63,345 nucleotides of DNA from a bacterium. Its GTDB lineage: Bacteria; Hydrothermota; Tepidihabitantia; B3-TA06. The translations under genes and the position numbers were made by a program. The stretch's first letter is position 1. Each line of letters begins with the position of its first letter. The stretch lies in the NCBI GenBank assembly GCA_012517375.1, contig JAAYVC010000097.1:1-63345 (forward strand), given 5' to 3'. This document shows positions 47,944-58,675 of this stretch, one piece after another. Under the pieces are notes generated by a model that searched no databases, had not been told where the DNA came from, and saw only the letters and a list, made by a program, of their open reading frames with translations.

Positions 47944-49425
47944 ATGGACAAAGACGAAAAAAAGCAAAGAATTGCTTATAAGTGGCAACCTATTGAGGAC
48001 CTTCCAAAAAACTGGGGGGTCCTCCCGGCACCTGATCTCGCTTCCCTCTCTGATATTTGGAAGGAACAATCTGAAAGATTAAAGCTTAGTCCACAATGGC
48101 AGACCTTCCTCGATAGACTCAAGAGAAAATGGTCTATTGAAACAGGAATCATAGAACATATATACGAAATAGATCGCGGTATAACCGAAATACTAATTGA
48201 ACAAGGTATCAAAGAAGCTCTTATACCCCATGGAGCTAGTAATAAATCACCTGAAGAAATTGTACCTATTATTGAAGATCACGAAGAAGCGATTAATGGA
48301 TTATTTGATTTTGTAAAGAGTCAAAGACCATTAACAACCTCTTACATAAAAGAACTACACTTTTTACTAACTCGTCATCAGGTAACTACTGTAGGTATTA
48401 ATGGTATGGGTAGAAAAACCGATGTAAAACTCATACGTGGAGATTGGAAAAAATGGCCCAATAACCCGACAAGACCTGATGGACAAATTCATGAATATTG
48501 CCCACCAGAACAAGTAGCCTCAGAAGTTGAAAAACTCATTTGCTTTCATACCGAACACGACAATGTCAAAGTCCCACCTGAAGTTGAAGCTGCTTGGTTT
48601 CATCACAGGTTTACCCAAATACATCCATTTATGGATGGGAATGGCAGGGTAGCAAGAGCCTTAGCTTCCCTTATTTTTATAAAAGCAGGTTGGTTCCCAT
48701 TAGTAGTAACACGTGACGATCGTGTTCAATATTTAGATGCTTTAGAAGTTGCCGATAAAGGTGATCTAAAATCTTTAGTTGAGCTTTTTGTCTCAATCCA
48801 AAAAAAGGCGTTTGTAAAAGCACTTAGTATCAGCGAAGACGTATTAACTGATTCAAAGAAAAAAGTTCTTGATTCAGTAGCTCAACGTCTTCGAGCAAGG
48901 AAGGAAGAATTCGGTATTCAGAGGAAGGGTTTAGAGGAACGAGCATACATACTAAAGAAAATTCTTGGGATTGAATTAGAAAAAGTCGTTAGTGAGGTGG
49001 AAGAAACTATAAAAGAAGCTGATCCACGTTATTATGCTAAAATGTACAAAAGTATGCCTGAACAATGGCATTGGTACAAATGGCAAATTGTCCAAATAGC
49101 AAGAGAATTTGACAACTATTTTGCCAACATAGGCCTACACCATAGTTGGGCAAGATTGGTTATACATGAATCGCAAGAAGTAAGTTTTTTAGTTTCAATC
49201 CATGCTCTTGGAACTGAATTCAGAGGTGTTGGTGCATGCTCTGCATTCGTTTTTTTCAAAGAATACAGACAGGATGAAGAGGAAATTGCTGATTTAAAAC
49301 CAGCTTGTCGAGAGATATTTCAATTTACATATAAAGAAGATATAGAAAAATTAAAAAAAAGATTTGAGAATTGGCTCGCAGATAGTATCACAATTGGACT
49401 AGATATCTGGCGAAAATCTCTCTAA
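47944..49425 (+). CDS. Fic/DOC family protein (AMPylase-type) with an extra ~200-aa C-terminal region
   Basis: 493 aa. Complete Fic motif HPFMDGNGRVAR (48622-48657). The N-terminal Fic_N-like helix WSIETGIIEH lacks a clean (S/T)xxxE(G/N) inhibitory motif. The gene is very AT-rich. Confidence 0.85.
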   Translation: MDKDEKKQRIAYKWQPIEDLPKNWGVLPAPDLASLSDIWKEQSERLKLSPQWQTFLDRLKRKWSIETGIIEHIYEIDRGITEILIEQGIKEALIPHGASNKSPEEIVPIIEDHEEAINGLFDFVKSQRPLTTSYIKELHFLLTRHQVTTVGINGMGRKTDVKLIRGDWKKWPNNPTRPDGQIHEYCPPEQVASEVEKLICFHTEHDNVKVPPEVEAAWFHHRFTQIHPFMDGNGRVARALASLIFIKAGWFPLVVTRDDRVQYLDALEVADKGDLKSLVELFVSIQKKAFVKALSISEDVLTDSKKKVLDSVAQRLRARKEEFGIQRKGLEERAYILKKILGIELEKVVSEVEETIKEADPRYYAKMYKSMPEQWHWYKWQIVQIAREFDNYFANIGLHHSWARLVIHESQEVSFLVSIHALGTEFRGVGACSAFVFFKEYRQDEEEIADLKPACREIFQFTYKEDIEKLKKRFENWLADSITIGLDIWRKSL

Positions 49426-49452
49426 GAAAATAAACTTAAGCTTCTTTTCTGC

Positions 49453-49480
49453 TTGACAATCACTCACATAGGCTTATATT
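49453..49480 (+). promoter_or_regulatory. sigma70-type promoter
   Basis: TTGACA (49453-49458), a 16-nt spacer, TATATT (49475-49480), upstream of the TolB-like gene. Confidence 0.55.
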
Positions 49481-49507
49481 ACTCATAAAACAAACTCGGA
49501 GGCGCGT

Positions 49508-50464
49508 ATGAAGCGAGTAGCGTTTTTTATTACTTTATGTGTTGCTTTGAGCTTCTTCGCAGGATGTGATAAGAAGCTGCCTGATACCCTCAAAGGTGAG
49601 ATTGCATTCGTGAGTTCAATGGAAAATGACGGCGCTCATGATATATACGTAATAACCTTGCCCTCAAAGGAGGTGCGCCAGCTTACAAAGACATCCGGCC
49701 AGGATGTCGAAAACATGTACTTGGACTGGTGCCCGACAGGGCAGATAGCGTTTGCCAGCACCCGTGACCGCAATTACGAGTTATACCTCACAAATCCTGA
49801 TGGTTCGGGTGAAACAAGATTGACCAAGAACGATTACGACGATTTGTATCCCGCAATGAGATGGGACGGCAAGCAAATAGCATACTCCTCGACGATTCTC
49901 ACATCCAGAGGTCTGCCTGAGAAAGACATTTTCATAATGGACTTAGCTACAAAGAAAACCGAACGTATAACAAACACGCCTGAGGACGAGGTCTCCCTGC
50001 GCTGGTCGCCCGACGGCAAAAAGCTTGCTTACTCGAGATACGTGATGGGCCAGTCTGAGATATTCGTGTATGACTTTGCATCAAAGAAATCATTCCAGTT
50101 AACCGACAATCCGGCCGAGGATGTGAATCCCGCGTGGACGCCGGACTCAAAATACATAGTATTTTCTTCGACGCGTCTTGACAGCGTCAACATCGGCGAA
50201 GACAAGCTCTACAGCATATTCGTCATGAATGCGGAAGACGGCTCAAACGTAACCACTTTGCTTGACGATTCAAAGGAAGGCTACTCCGTGGGCAACCCCT
50301 CGATATCGCCCGACGGTCTGTGGCTTGCATACCAGTACAAGCACAAGGACTGGGACTACATGTACATCGCTGTGCGGAGAGTGGACGGCAAGGAAGACTA
50401 TACCATAGTAAAGAACATCTACTACAACCGGAACCCAGTGTGGAATCCAATGCCGCCTAAATAA
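49508..50464 (+). CDS. TolB-like beta-propeller lipoprotein (PD40/WD40-like repeats)
   Basis: 318 aa. Lipobox FFAGC. Repeated W.P.G..IAF.S / RWSPDGKKLAYS / PAWTPDSKYIVFSS motifs. Confidence 0.75.
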   Translation: MKRVAFFITLCVALSFFAGCDKKLPDTLKGEIAFVSSMENDGAHDIYVITLPSKEVRQLTKTSGQDVENMYLDWCPTGQIAFASTRDRNYELYLTNPDGSGETRLTKNDYDDLYPAMRWDGKQIAYSSTILTSRGLPEKDIFIMDLATKKTERITNTPEDEVSLRWSPDGKKLAYSRYVMGQSEIFVYDFASKKSFQLTDNPAEDVNPAWTPDSKYIVFSSTRLDSVNIGEDKLYSIFVMNAEDGSNVTTLLDDSKEGYSVGNPSISPDGLWLAYQYKHKDWDYMYIAVRRVDGKEDYTIVKNIYYNRNPVWNPMPPK

Positions 50465-50476
50465 ATTTACCTACGG

Positions 50477-50498
50477 ACGCGCGGTGGGGCGCGTTTTT
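50477..50498 (+). terminator. intrinsic terminator
   Basis: ACGCGC-loop-GCGCGT followed by TTTTT. Confidence 0.65.
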
Positions 50499-50501
50499 AG
50501 T

Positions 50502-50541
50502 GCACCCGGTTGCATATTATGCAATCGGGTGCTGCCTTTTT
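50502..50541 (+). terminator. second hairpin plus T-run
   Basis: GCACCCGGTTGCAT-ATT-ATGCAATCGGGTGC (one G:U pair), then TGCCTTTTTC. Confidence 0.55.
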
Positions 50542-50551
50542 CTGCTTAATT

Positions 50552-52609
50552 TTATTGTTCAGCTACTATCTTCGAGAAATCGGCGACCCTGAGAAACTCC
50601 TGTTTAACGGCGTTGAGCAAGCTAAGCCTGTTCATACGGAGACCTTCATCCTCGACCATAACGAATACATCGTCGAAGAACTTGTCGATTGCCGGGCGAA
50701 TCGAGAGCAGAAGTTCAAGCGCCTTGCGGTAAATCCTTGATTCGCATGCCGATTGGAGTTCTGGCTTTATTCTTAAAACCTCGGACCACAAAACCCTCTC
50801 AGTCTCCTCGGTGAAACGCTCAGGGGATGGAACGAGCGCGTGTTCGAGCGCTTTCGTTATGTTTGCCACTCTTTTCTGCCCGACTGCCACAAGCTTGAAC
50901 TCCTCCGTCTTGTGCAGTTCCGAGAAAGCGGAAAGACGCAGCCAGGCGTCGTATGGGTCATGCCCGGCAACAGCCGCCACCGCATCCACCCAGTCGTATG
51001 CAAAACCGAGATCCTTAAGATATAACTCTAGACGGTCCTCGAGGAATTTACGCAACTGATCTAACAGCGCATCTTCTTGCTTTCCAAGAAGAACGAGTGC
51101 GTGAGATAAAGTGTCTTTAATATTTGCGTGAATCTTTTTATCTACCAGCATCTTGATGATGGCGGTTGCCTGCCTGCGCACGGCATAAGGGTCGGATGAC
51201 CCCTTGGGCGGCTTGCCTCTGATGAAGGTCGCCGCGATGTTGAGCAGACGGTCGGCGATTCCAAGAGCGGCGCCTTCAAGCGTAGATGGCGAGTCTGTAT
51301 ACTGTTCACGAATAGCGGCAGAGACTGCGGGATGCTCCTTAAGGCGTTCCGCATAGATTGCCCCTGCAATACCCTGAAGCGACGTGAACTCCTTCTCCCG
51401 AACGAGGTTGGACAGGAGGTCGGCCTTGGACAAGTAGGCGGCGCGTTCATGGACAGAGCGGTTAAAATCGGGGATTGACTTCCCGATATGCGAGCCCAGT
51501 TCCTTGAGCCACTCAGTTTTTTGAGCAAGAGAGCCAATGCCTTTAATCCATTCGACGCGCACCTCTTCCTTAACGAGCGCATCGAGGCCTTTTTCGAGAT
51601 CCTCTTTTATGAAGAAATCGGCGTCCTCAAGCCGCGATATCGCCATGCGTTCGAACCAAGGCCGGGCGAGCTTCGGCTCGAGCCCGGGTGCGTTGGTCAC
51701 AACCAGGAAATAAGGCAGGAGTTTTCCTTCCTTCTCGACGACGAACGCTCTCTGGTGCTTAGCCAGCGCCGTTGCAAGAACCTCTCTGGGCAAATCGATG
51801 AAGCCGCCGAGGCGGCAGTCCAGGGCTTTGGGATACTCCACGAGGTCTGTAACCTCCTCCGCGAGATCCTCGTTGGAAACAACTTCGCCGCCGAGCTCTT
51901 TCGCCATTCCGGACAATTCCTTTATTACCGCCGACCTTCGCTCCTCGCGGCCGACGAGGACGTAGGCATCATGGAGTTTCTGAACATATTCATCTGGATT
52001 GTCAATCGCGATTGATTCCGGATGGGCAAAGCGGTGACCGCAGGTAATGTTTGAGGAGCGCACTCCTGCAAACTCGAACTCGATAATCTCATTTCCAAGG
52101 AGGGCGCACAGCCATCGAACGGGTCGAGCGAACGAAACGCCGGCGGATTGAGGCCACTTCATATTTTTGGAAAATGGCAGGTTTCCCAGAATTCCGGGCA
52201 ACAGCCGGGATAGCGTGTCGCGAGTCGGTTCGCCGCCCGTTTTGCGCTTGACGCAAACGTAATTGCCCTTCTCCGTTTCCTTGATGAAGAGTGAGGATTC
52301 TTTTACGCCCATGCTTTCGGCGAACTTTTTAGCGGCTACAGTCCATTTTCCATTTTCGTCCTTTGCGACTTTAGCCGGCGGCCCCTGGCGCTCCTCCTGT
52401 CTTGCGGCACTTTCAGTGGCGACGTCGGCGATAATCAAGGACAACCTGCGCGGTGTCCACATCTTTTTTTTCTCTCCGAAGCTCGCGCCCGCCTCTGCTA
52501 GTGATTTGCCGATTTCTTCAGAAAGTGCCGAAACCGCAGGCTCCAGATAAGAAGCCGGCATCTCTTCGACTCCTATCTCAAGAAGAAATGTCCTGGTTTC
52601 ACTCATCAT
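50552..52609 (-). CDS. glyS: glycine--tRNA ligase beta subunit
   Basis: About 685 aa. [12 protein letters not shown]-terminus. The start (ATGATG) overlaps the glyQ stop. Confidence 0.9.
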   Translation of the reverse strand: MMSETRTFLLEIGVEEMPASYLEPAVSALSEEIGKSLAEAGASFGEKKKMWTPRRLSLIIADVATESAARQEERQGPPAKVAKDENGKWTVAAKKFAESMGVKESSLFIKETEKGNYVCVKRKTGGEPTRDTLSRLLPGILGNLPFSKNMKWPQSAGVSFARPVRWLCALLGNEIIEFEFAGVRSSNITCGHRFAHPESIAIDNPDEYVQKLHDAYVLVGREERRSAVIKELSGMAKELGGEVVSNEDLAEEVTDLVEYPKALDCRLGGFIDLPREVLATALAKHQRAFVVEKEGKLLPYFLVVTNAPGLEPKLARPWFERMAISRLEDADFFIKEDLEKGLDALVKEEVRVEWIKGIGSLAQKTEWLKELGSHIGKSIPDFNRSVHERAAYLSKADLLSNLVREKEFTSLQGIAGAIYAERLKEHPAVSAAIREQYTDSPSTLEGAALGIADRLLNIAATFIRGKPPKGSSDPYAVRRQATAIIKMLVDKKIHANIKDTLSHALVLLGKQEDALLDQLRKFLEDRLELYLKDLGFAYDWVDAVAAVAGHDPYDAWLRLSAFSELHKTEEFKLVAVGQKRVANITKALEHALVPSPERFTEETERVLWSEVLRIKPELQSACESRIYRKALELLLSIRPAIDKFFDDVFVMVEDEGLRMNRLSLLNAVKQEFLRVADFSKIVAEQ

Positions 52610-53489
52610 TTCTCCCTTTTGTAGAATCTGGACCGAAACGGTAGAGCTTGGCAACTGCCATTGCCAGCTTGCGGACGCGAAGTATGGTTGCGGCGCGCTC
52701 GGTCACGGAGATGGCTCCCCTTGCATCGAGGAGATTGAAGTAATGAGAACATTTGATGACAGAGTCGTATGCGGGCATGACGAGCGCTTTTTTGACGAGG
52801 CGGTGGCATTCGGCCTCGTAATGGTCGAAGGCTTTGCGGAGATAGTCGGTGTCTGCTTCCTTGAGGGAGTAGGAGGAGAAATCCTTCTCGTTCTGGCCGA
52901 ACACGTCGCCCCATGTCATCCGGTTTCCATCAACCTCGCCCCAGACGATGTCGAATATAGAGTCAACGCCTTGCAGGAACATGGCGATGCGCTCAAGACC
53001 GTAGGTGTATTCGACGGGGATCACGGGAAGATCGAGTCCGCCCGCCTGCTGGAAGTACGTGAATTGTGTTACTTCTATCCCGTCGAGGTCTACCTGCCAG
53101 CCAAGACCCCATGCGCCCAGGGTGGGCGACTCCCAGTCATCCTCGGTGAACCTGAGATCGTGCTTTTCAGGAGGAATTCCAAGCGAGCGCAGGCTGTCGA
53201 GATAAAGCTCCTGAGCGTTTCCGGGCGCGGGTTTAAGAATCGCCTGCAGTTGCCAGTGCTGGTAGACGCGCAGCGGGTTCTCCGCATATCGGCCGTCGCG
53301 GGGACGCTTCGATGGCTCCACATAGACGCAGCGCCACGGCCGCTCGTCAAGAACCCTGAGGAATGTGGATGGATTGAATGTCCCGGCGCCTACTTCGGAC
53401 GAGTAGGGCTGCATGAGAAGGCAACCCTTGGACATCCAGTATGCCTGGAGTCTCGTGATTATCTCCTGGAACGATAATGTTTCCGGCAT
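52599..53489 (-). CDS. glyQ: glycine--tRNA ligase alpha subunit
   Basis: 296 aa. [29 protein letters not shown]-like block, and WGLGWQV typical of GlyQ. Confidence 0.95.
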   Translation of the reverse strand: MPETLSFQEIITRLQAYWMSKGCLLMQPYSSEVGAGTFNPSTFLRVLDERPWRCVYVEPSKRPRDGRYAENPLRVYQHWQLQAILKPAPGNAQELYLDSLRSLGIPPEKHDLRFTEDDWESPTLGAWGLGWQVDLDGIEVTQFTYFQQAGGLDLPVIPVEYTYGLERIAMFLQGVDSIFDIVWGEVDGNRMTWGDVFGQNEKDFSSYSLKEADTDYLRKAFDHYEAECHRLVKKALVMPAYDSVIKCSHYFNLLDARGAISVTERAATILRVRKLAMAVAKLYRFGPDSTKGRNDE

Positions 53490-53491
53490 AT

Positions 53492-54130
53492 CTACTTCTC
53501 TATCACGTAGAAGAAAAGCGGCAACCCGCCCTGGAAATAAAGAATGCCTTCGATTGAGAGAGTGTTATAATCGAGCCCTATCCTTTGCGCCTGGCTTTCC
53601 AGGTATTCCTTGACTCGAACGGACGGCTCCGGGGCCTTGAGTTCGAAGACGCCGGAGGCGCTTCTGAAAGTCGGCACATCGCCCGAGTAGAACTGGCCGT
53701 ACACGCAAGACGTCACGCTTCCGGGCGCGGAATCTGAAACGGCTATAATCGAGGTTGGCGCCAGCCTTGAGAGTATATTGTCTATTTTAGACCACGGCCC
53801 CGTGTTCTTACCCGGGTCGTAGGATTGCGACCCTATATAATAAGTGGTCCCTGCAAGATATTCATTCGATTCAAACGGTGCAATCTCTGCCTTTTCTGCG
53901 ATTTCCGTAATCGAGGGTTGTTCAGCGAGCGGGATGGGTTTCAGACCGCACTGCCATGTTGATGCTGTATTCTTCTCGATAAATATGATATCCGAATATG
54001 CCCACAAGGAAAGACGGGAAGTTGCATCATACCTCACAAATCCGAGCCTTGTTGCGTCAAGATACAGCGAGTCCCTACCCCAGGAAAAAAGGGGAGCGGA
54101 CAAAAACAGGATGTTAAAGATCAAGTTCAT
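53492..54130 (-). CDS. hypothetical secreted protein
   Basis: About 212 aa from ATG 54130 ([18 protein letters not shown] signal-like). No recognisable domain. Confidence 0.45.
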   Translation of the reverse strand: MNLIFNILFLSAPLFSWGRDSLYLDATRLGFVRYDATSRLSLWAYSDIIFIEKNTASTWQCGLKPIPLAEQPSITEIAEKAEIAPFESNEYLAGTTYYIGSQSYDPGKNTGPWSKIDNILSRLAPTSIIAVSDSAPGSVTSCVYGQFYSGDVPTFRSASGVFELKAPEPSVRVKEYLESQAQRIGLDYNTLSIEGILYFQGGLPLFFYVIEK

Positions 54131-54665
54131 CGCGTATTCCGCGCATCGCCTCAAGGCATACGGAGATAAACTCATCAAGCTCGAATCCTAAACCGGTGCA
54201 GGTAAGAATTTGATCACGATCCGCTCCTGCGGCGAAACGCCTGTCTTTAAACCGCTTGAGAACGCTTGAAGACTGCAGACCGCGAAGACGATCCGGATGC
54301 ATGAGTGCGGCGGCAACGATGAGACCGGTCAGGGGATCAACCGCGTAAAGAATCTTATCCAGACTGGTGTTTCGCGGCACACCGCCAGCATGAGCCTTTA
54401 TCGAGTGCACGGCCTCTTCCGGCAACCCGTTTTCGAGGGCAATCCTTGCGCCCAATTCAGCATGAAGCATCATGTCGCCGGCTTTTTCCGCCTCTTCATA
54501 TGATACGTCGTGCAGAAGACCCGCAAGACCCCATACCGCAGGATCGGAATCGAATCTCGGGGCAAATGCCGCAAGGCAAGCCTCGGTACATAGCATGTGC
54601 TTGCGAAGGTTGACGTTCGATATCTTCCGCTCTACAAGTTTCAGAGCTTCTTCTCTCGTAATCAT
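54114..54665 (-). CDS. HD-domain phosphohydrolase
   Basis: 183 aa. H...HD motif (AGLLHDVSYEE) and a downstream His/Asp. Confidence 0.75.
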   Translation of the reverse strand: MITREEALKLVERKISNVNLRKHMLCTEACLAAFAPRFDSDPAVWGLAGLLHDVSYEEAEKAGDMMLHAELGARIALENGLPEEAVHSIKAHAGGVPRNTSLDKILYAVDPLTGLIVAAALMHPDRLRGLQSSSVLKRFKDRRFAAGADRDQILTCTGLGFELDEFISVCLEAMRGIRDELDL

Positions 54666-54893
54666 CCGTTAAGAATAATGAGAAACGCACTGAAGTCAAC
54701 AACAATATCGAAGGAACGCTTCGGCAAGGGGCGCTTTTACACATATTTGCAGAGGAATAATGCCTGATTTTCCTGTTCCTTGCTCAACATTTCGATTCGG
54801 GTAGCTTTTTGAATATAGGCTCTTGCGTTCTCACTTTAAAAAACAGCGCTCAATCAATGTTTGACATATTCCGAATATTTGCTATGATTAGGC

Positions 54894-56222
54894 ATGCTTG
54901 ATCCTAACAAATACCGCAGTATGTTTCCTTCGCTCGCGCAAGAGCGAAACGGCAAACCGCCTGTTTATTTCGACAGCGCTTGCATGGCATTAAAACCCCA
55001 GCCTGTAATCGACGTTCTTCACGAATACTATACTCGCTACCCGGCATGCGGCGAACGCAGCACTCACTGGTTCGCACTCCAGGTAGACAACAAGGTTGAG
55101 GAAGCGCGGGACTCTATCCGCGAACTTATAGGAGCTTCAAGCCCAAAGGAGATAATCTTCACTAAAAATACGACGGAGGCAATCAACCTCGTCGCACGTT
55201 CGCTCATGTGGAACGCTGAAGATGTTGTTCTTACGACATCCAAGGAGCACAACTCAAACCTGTGTCCGTGGCAGGAACTTGCAAGACGAGGCATCATAGC
55301 AAAGCATGTGCCTGTTCCAGTGGATGACGACAACAAGTTCAATCTTGAAACCTTCAAGAAGATTCTTGACCAGGAACACGGAAAAGTCAGGATGGTCAGC
55401 CTGGGTCATTGCTCCAATCTTGACGGCGCGACAATACCCGACGACGCCATTAAGGAAGTCGTAAAACTCACAAAATCGCAGAATCAAGACGCTTTCGTCT
55501 TTCTTGATGCGGCGCAAAGCGTACCGCATAAAAGGGTCAGCGTGAGCGCTCTTGGCGTAGATTTCATTGCTTTTTCGGTGCACAAACTGGGCGGACCAAC
55601 AGGGGTCGGGGTCCTTTTCGGAAGAAAGGAACTCTTAAACGACGAATCAGTCATTCGGCCGTTCATTGTAGGCGGAGGAACGGTTGAAGATACTCACCTC
55701 TTCGGCCACCCGCGATACTTCAGAGCCCCGCACAAATTCGAGGCTGGTCTGCAGGACTATGCAGGAATCATAGGCGCCGGAGCGATCGCAAAATTTCTTA
55801 TAGAAGTCGGACCAGAGAACATAGCCGAGCACGAGAAAAGTCTAAATGCCGCGCTTACCAAAAAGATGTCCGCATTTCCTGAGGTGAATATAGTAGGACC
55901 TAAAGATCCAGCCGAACGCTCAGGCATATTCACTTTCTACATAATGAAGCCCGCGACGCGCTTTTCCGACGAAGAGCCGGACGTAGATGAAAAGCTCGAT
56001 CAACGCGCAAACATAATGATTCGCAAAGGCACTTTCTGCGTGCATTCCTGGTACCACGCTGCCGAGTCTAAATTCGATTCCATATGGCCCGGCTTCAGAC
56101 CCACGCTTTTCAGGGCCTCAATGTATCTTTACAACACAATGGATGAAGTGAATGCCTTTGCAGAAACCATGAAAAGCATCCTGGATGAGATTAAGGATCT
56201 TCCAACTTTTCCGGGCAAATAG
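54894..56222 (+). CDS. sufS: cysteine desulfurase (class V aminotransferase, SufS-like)
   Basis: 442 aa. VYFDSACMALKP, PLP-Lys in FSVHKLGGPTG, catalytic Cys in KGTFCVHSW. Confidence 0.85.
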   Translation: MLDPNKYRSMFPSLAQERNGKPPVYFDSACMALKPQPVIDVLHEYYTRYPACGERSTHWFALQVDNKVEEARDSIRELIGASSPKEIIFTKNTTEAINLVARSLMWNAEDVVLTTSKEHNSNLCPWQELARRGIIAKHVPVPVDDDNKFNLETFKKILDQEHGKVRMVSLGHCSNLDGATIPDDAIKEVVKLTKSQNQDAFVFLDAAQSVPHKRVSVSALGVDFIAFSVHKLGGPTGVGVLFGRKELLNDESVIRPFIVGGGTVEDTHLFGHPRYFRAPHKFEAGLQDYAGIIGAGAIAKFLIEVGPENIAEHEKSLNAALTKKMSAFPEVNIVGPKDPAERSGIFTFYIMKPATRFSDEEPDVDEKLDQRANIMIRKGTFCVHSWYHAAESKFDSIWPGFRPTLFRASMYLYNTMDEVNAFAETMKSILDEIKDLPTFPGK

Positions 56223-56224
56223 CG

Positions 56225-56617
56225 ATGACGGATGAACCTTTAATTGTCAGTTATTTCAAGAAAATCTTTTCTAACCCTTCCGAAAGCAGGATGGGAAAGA
56301 TAGACGAAGCGGAACTTCAGATTAACGGCGAACTCTGCCCCAGACGCGGCAAGAAGGATCAGCTTTTCCTGCACGGAAGAATAAAGGAAGGCCGTTTAAG
56401 GGAATTGAAGTTCATGTGCGCCCTCTGCGATCCGCCCATGTTCGTCGCAGCCGATATCCTTTGCCAGCTGGCTCTTGAGAAAAGCAGAACGGAGATAGAG
56501 AAACTCGGCGAGGAGGACTTCGAGAAGATCCTGGGCGGACCCAGTCTTGAAGGATACGAACATTTCAAACGTGCAAGAGAGCTTCTGGTCCTCGGATTAA
56601 TAGACTCCAAAGGATGA
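56225..56617 (+). CDS. divergent IscU/SufU-like Fe-S scaffold
   Basis: 130 aa directly after sufS. Cys residues at LCPRRG, FMCALCD and ADILC in scaffold-like spacing. Confidence 0.5.
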   Translation: MTDEPLIVSYFKKIFSNPSESRMGKIDEAELQINGELCPRRGKKDQLFLHGRIKEGRLRELKFMCALCDPPMFVAADILCQLALEKSRTEIEKLGEEDFEKILGGPSLEGYEHFKRARELLVLGLIDSKG

Positions 56618-56618
56618 T

Positions 56619-57128
56619 GTGAAGCGCGAAAACCCTTTCCTTTTTTTCCCAAAGCAGCTTGAACAGGGCGAAAACCGCTTCGAGATTCAAACGGATTCGG
56701 TACACATCGAACTCGCAGGATTATCGTTTACTGAACCCATAAGATGCTCTATCATTCTTTTTCTCACGGGCGCAAGAATAGACATGAATATGGATATAAA
56801 TACCAGGATACAACTCGAATGCTCGCAGTGCGGAGGAGTCGTTGACCAGAAAATAGAGACGAATGCGGAAGTTACTTTTCTGCAAGCTCTTGAGCGTAAT
56901 GACGATGAAGGTGAGCTTAAGGCGTCCGATCTTGAGTTCTACACTGAAGAGCTTGATTTAAGGAGCATAGTAAGAGATACTCTTCTTTTATCGGTGCCTA
57001 TTGCTCCTCTTTGTCGCGAGGACTGCCTTGGTCTTTGCCCCACTTGCGGGGCTAATCTCAACTTAGGCGCCTGCGACTGTGGTAGTGAAAAATTACAAGC
57101 ACAACAACGGGGAGAAAGCAATGGATGA
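56619..57128 (+). CDS. DUF177 (YceD-like) protein
   Basis: 169 aa. CSQCGG ... CREDCLGLCPTCGANLNLGACDC. Confidence 0.8.
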   Translation: MKRENPFLFFPKQLEQGENRFEIQTDSVHIELAGLSFTEPIRCSIILFLTGARIDMNMDINTRIQLECSQCGGVVDQKIETNAEVTFLQALERNDDEGELKASDLEFYTEELDLRSIVRDTLLLSVPIAPLCREDCLGLCPTCGANLNLGACDCGSEKLQAQQRGESNG

Positions 57129-57687
57129 AAGAAAGATGTCCTTCGGCGCAAGGCGCGCATTGGGCATTATCGGTTCAATCAACGCAAAGTTGATAAAGGA
57201 TTCCGGTTTGAGGGAATCGGATAGCAGGTCCCTGCGCGAGCAGGACAGGTTGATTCTTGAAACCGTGAACGGTCAACGCAATGCAAGGGATGTCATATCC
57301 AGGTCTGGACTTGAGTTTGAAACCGGGCTGCATTCCGTAGCCTGGCTTATACGCACCGGCTTCATATACAGCACTGAAACAGCAAGACTTGAGCTGGAAA
57401 GACAGACCGATAGACTGAGTATGTTCGTTGAGCTATTCAGCGATTCCTCCCACGGTCAGGATTTCTGGCAGGGTTATATCGACAAACACGTAACCGGAAA
57501 GCCAATCCCCGGAATAGTATGGGACGGTCTTATTCCTTCCATCGCCGAATCGCCTCCTCCCCCATCGGAAATTAAGGACTATTTCATTGAGCTTTTTATC
57601 TCTCTTTACGACGAAGCGGAGAAGATATTCGGTGCCGAATCCGTCATAGCCAAACGCATCCTTCTCGATGTAAGGCCTCTTGCCTGA
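57121..57687 (+). CDS. hypothetical protein
   Basis: About 188 aa from ATG 57121. No recognisable domain. Confidence 0.4.
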   Translation: MDERKMSFGARRALGIIGSINAKLIKDSGLRESDSRSLREQDRLILETVNGQRNARDVISRSGLEFETGLHSVAWLIRTGFIYSTETARLELERQTDRLSMFVELFSDSSHGQDFWQGYIDKHVTGKPIPGIVWDGLIPSIAESPPPPSEIKDYFIELFISLYDEAEKIFGAESVIAKRILLDVRPLA

Positions 57688-57808
57688 AGAATTCTATCCC
57701 TTTTTATACTTGAAACAGATTCGCAGGAACTCCTTAATCTTCAAGAGTCGCTCAAAATAAAGGTTTTCGGCTCCTCGAGCTGTCCGTCGGACGGTTGGAA
57801 TATTAAAA

Positions 57809-58264
57809 CTATTCAGCCTCTTTCAGTATGGTTACTACCTCCTCAGCACTTGTTGCATTGGACAACCTGGCTCGAGTCTCTTCCTTGCGGAGTATCTTTG
57901 AAAGCCTGGCAAGAGCCATGATGTAATGAGATTTCTGGGCTTCAGGAGCCGCTATAAGGAAGATAAGGTGCGATGGTTTCCCGTCAAGCGAATTGAAATC
58001 GACTCCCTGGGCAGACCTGCCGAAGGAGAGTATCAGATTCTTGGCGGCTACGGTTCTCGCGTGCGGTATCGCAACGCCTAATCCAATACCCGTGCTTTCA
58101 AGGTTTTCACGTTTCAGGATATCCCCAAGGAACGTCTCCTCGTCTTCTACAAGGCCCTGATTGACTAGCTTTGAGACAAGCTCCTTAATTACGGATACCT
58201 TTTCATGCGTTTGCAAGTCGAGCACTATCCCTTCTTCTTGTATCACCTCAGATATACGGATCAT
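57809..58264 (-). CDS. ptsN: PTS EIIA type-2 (nitrogen-regulatory PtsN-like)
   Basis: 151 aa. GIGLGVAIPHAR phospho-His motif. Confidence 0.8.
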   Translation of the reverse strand: MIRISEVIQEEGIVLDLQTHEKVSVIKELVSKLVNQGLVEDEETFLGDILKRENLESTGIGLGVAIPHARTVAAKNLILSFGRSAQGVDFNSLDGKPSHLIFLIAAPEAQKSHYIMALARLSKILRKEETRARLSNATSAEEVVTILKEAE

Positions 58265-58665
58265 CGTCCCTCCTGGTTGAGTAAAAGCAGGGGAACATTG
58301 CCGAGCCTCCTAAGAAGACGCTCGGCTTTGATTTCCTTATATGCGAAAGTCGCGCATATGTCAGCCTCGTAGCTTTTGGCTACCGAGGCGATTCTTTCTT
58401 CCGCCTCTCCTTCTTCAAGCATGAGCGATATCTTTATCTCTCTCTCAAATGATATATCCTCAATTCCATAGAGGAAGTTCCATGTTCTGTCCTCCAGTTC
58501 TTCTCTTAGTTCTTTTTCTTCTTTGGTTAAATTCTCCGGTTCTTTCGGAATAACAGCAAGCGCTATAAGACGAGCGCGCAAAGCCGAAGCAAGATCCATA
58601 ATACCTTCGAGCTCCTCTTGTTTTGTAGTAGCTGCATCTAAGTAGATAAGCAGACGTTTGTACAC
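58261..58665 (-). CDS. universal-stress-protein-like protein
   Basis: 134 aa. LLIYLDAATT...LIALAVIP Rossmann-like start. Weak assignment. Confidence 0.4.
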   Translation of the reverse strand: MYKRLLIYLDAATTKQEELEGIMDLASALRARLIALAVIPKEPENLTKEEKELREELEDRTWNFLYGIEDISFEREIKISLMLEEGEAEERIASVAKSYEADICATFAYKEIKAERLLRRLGNVPLLLLNQEGR

Positions 58666-58675
58666 TTTTTATCTC

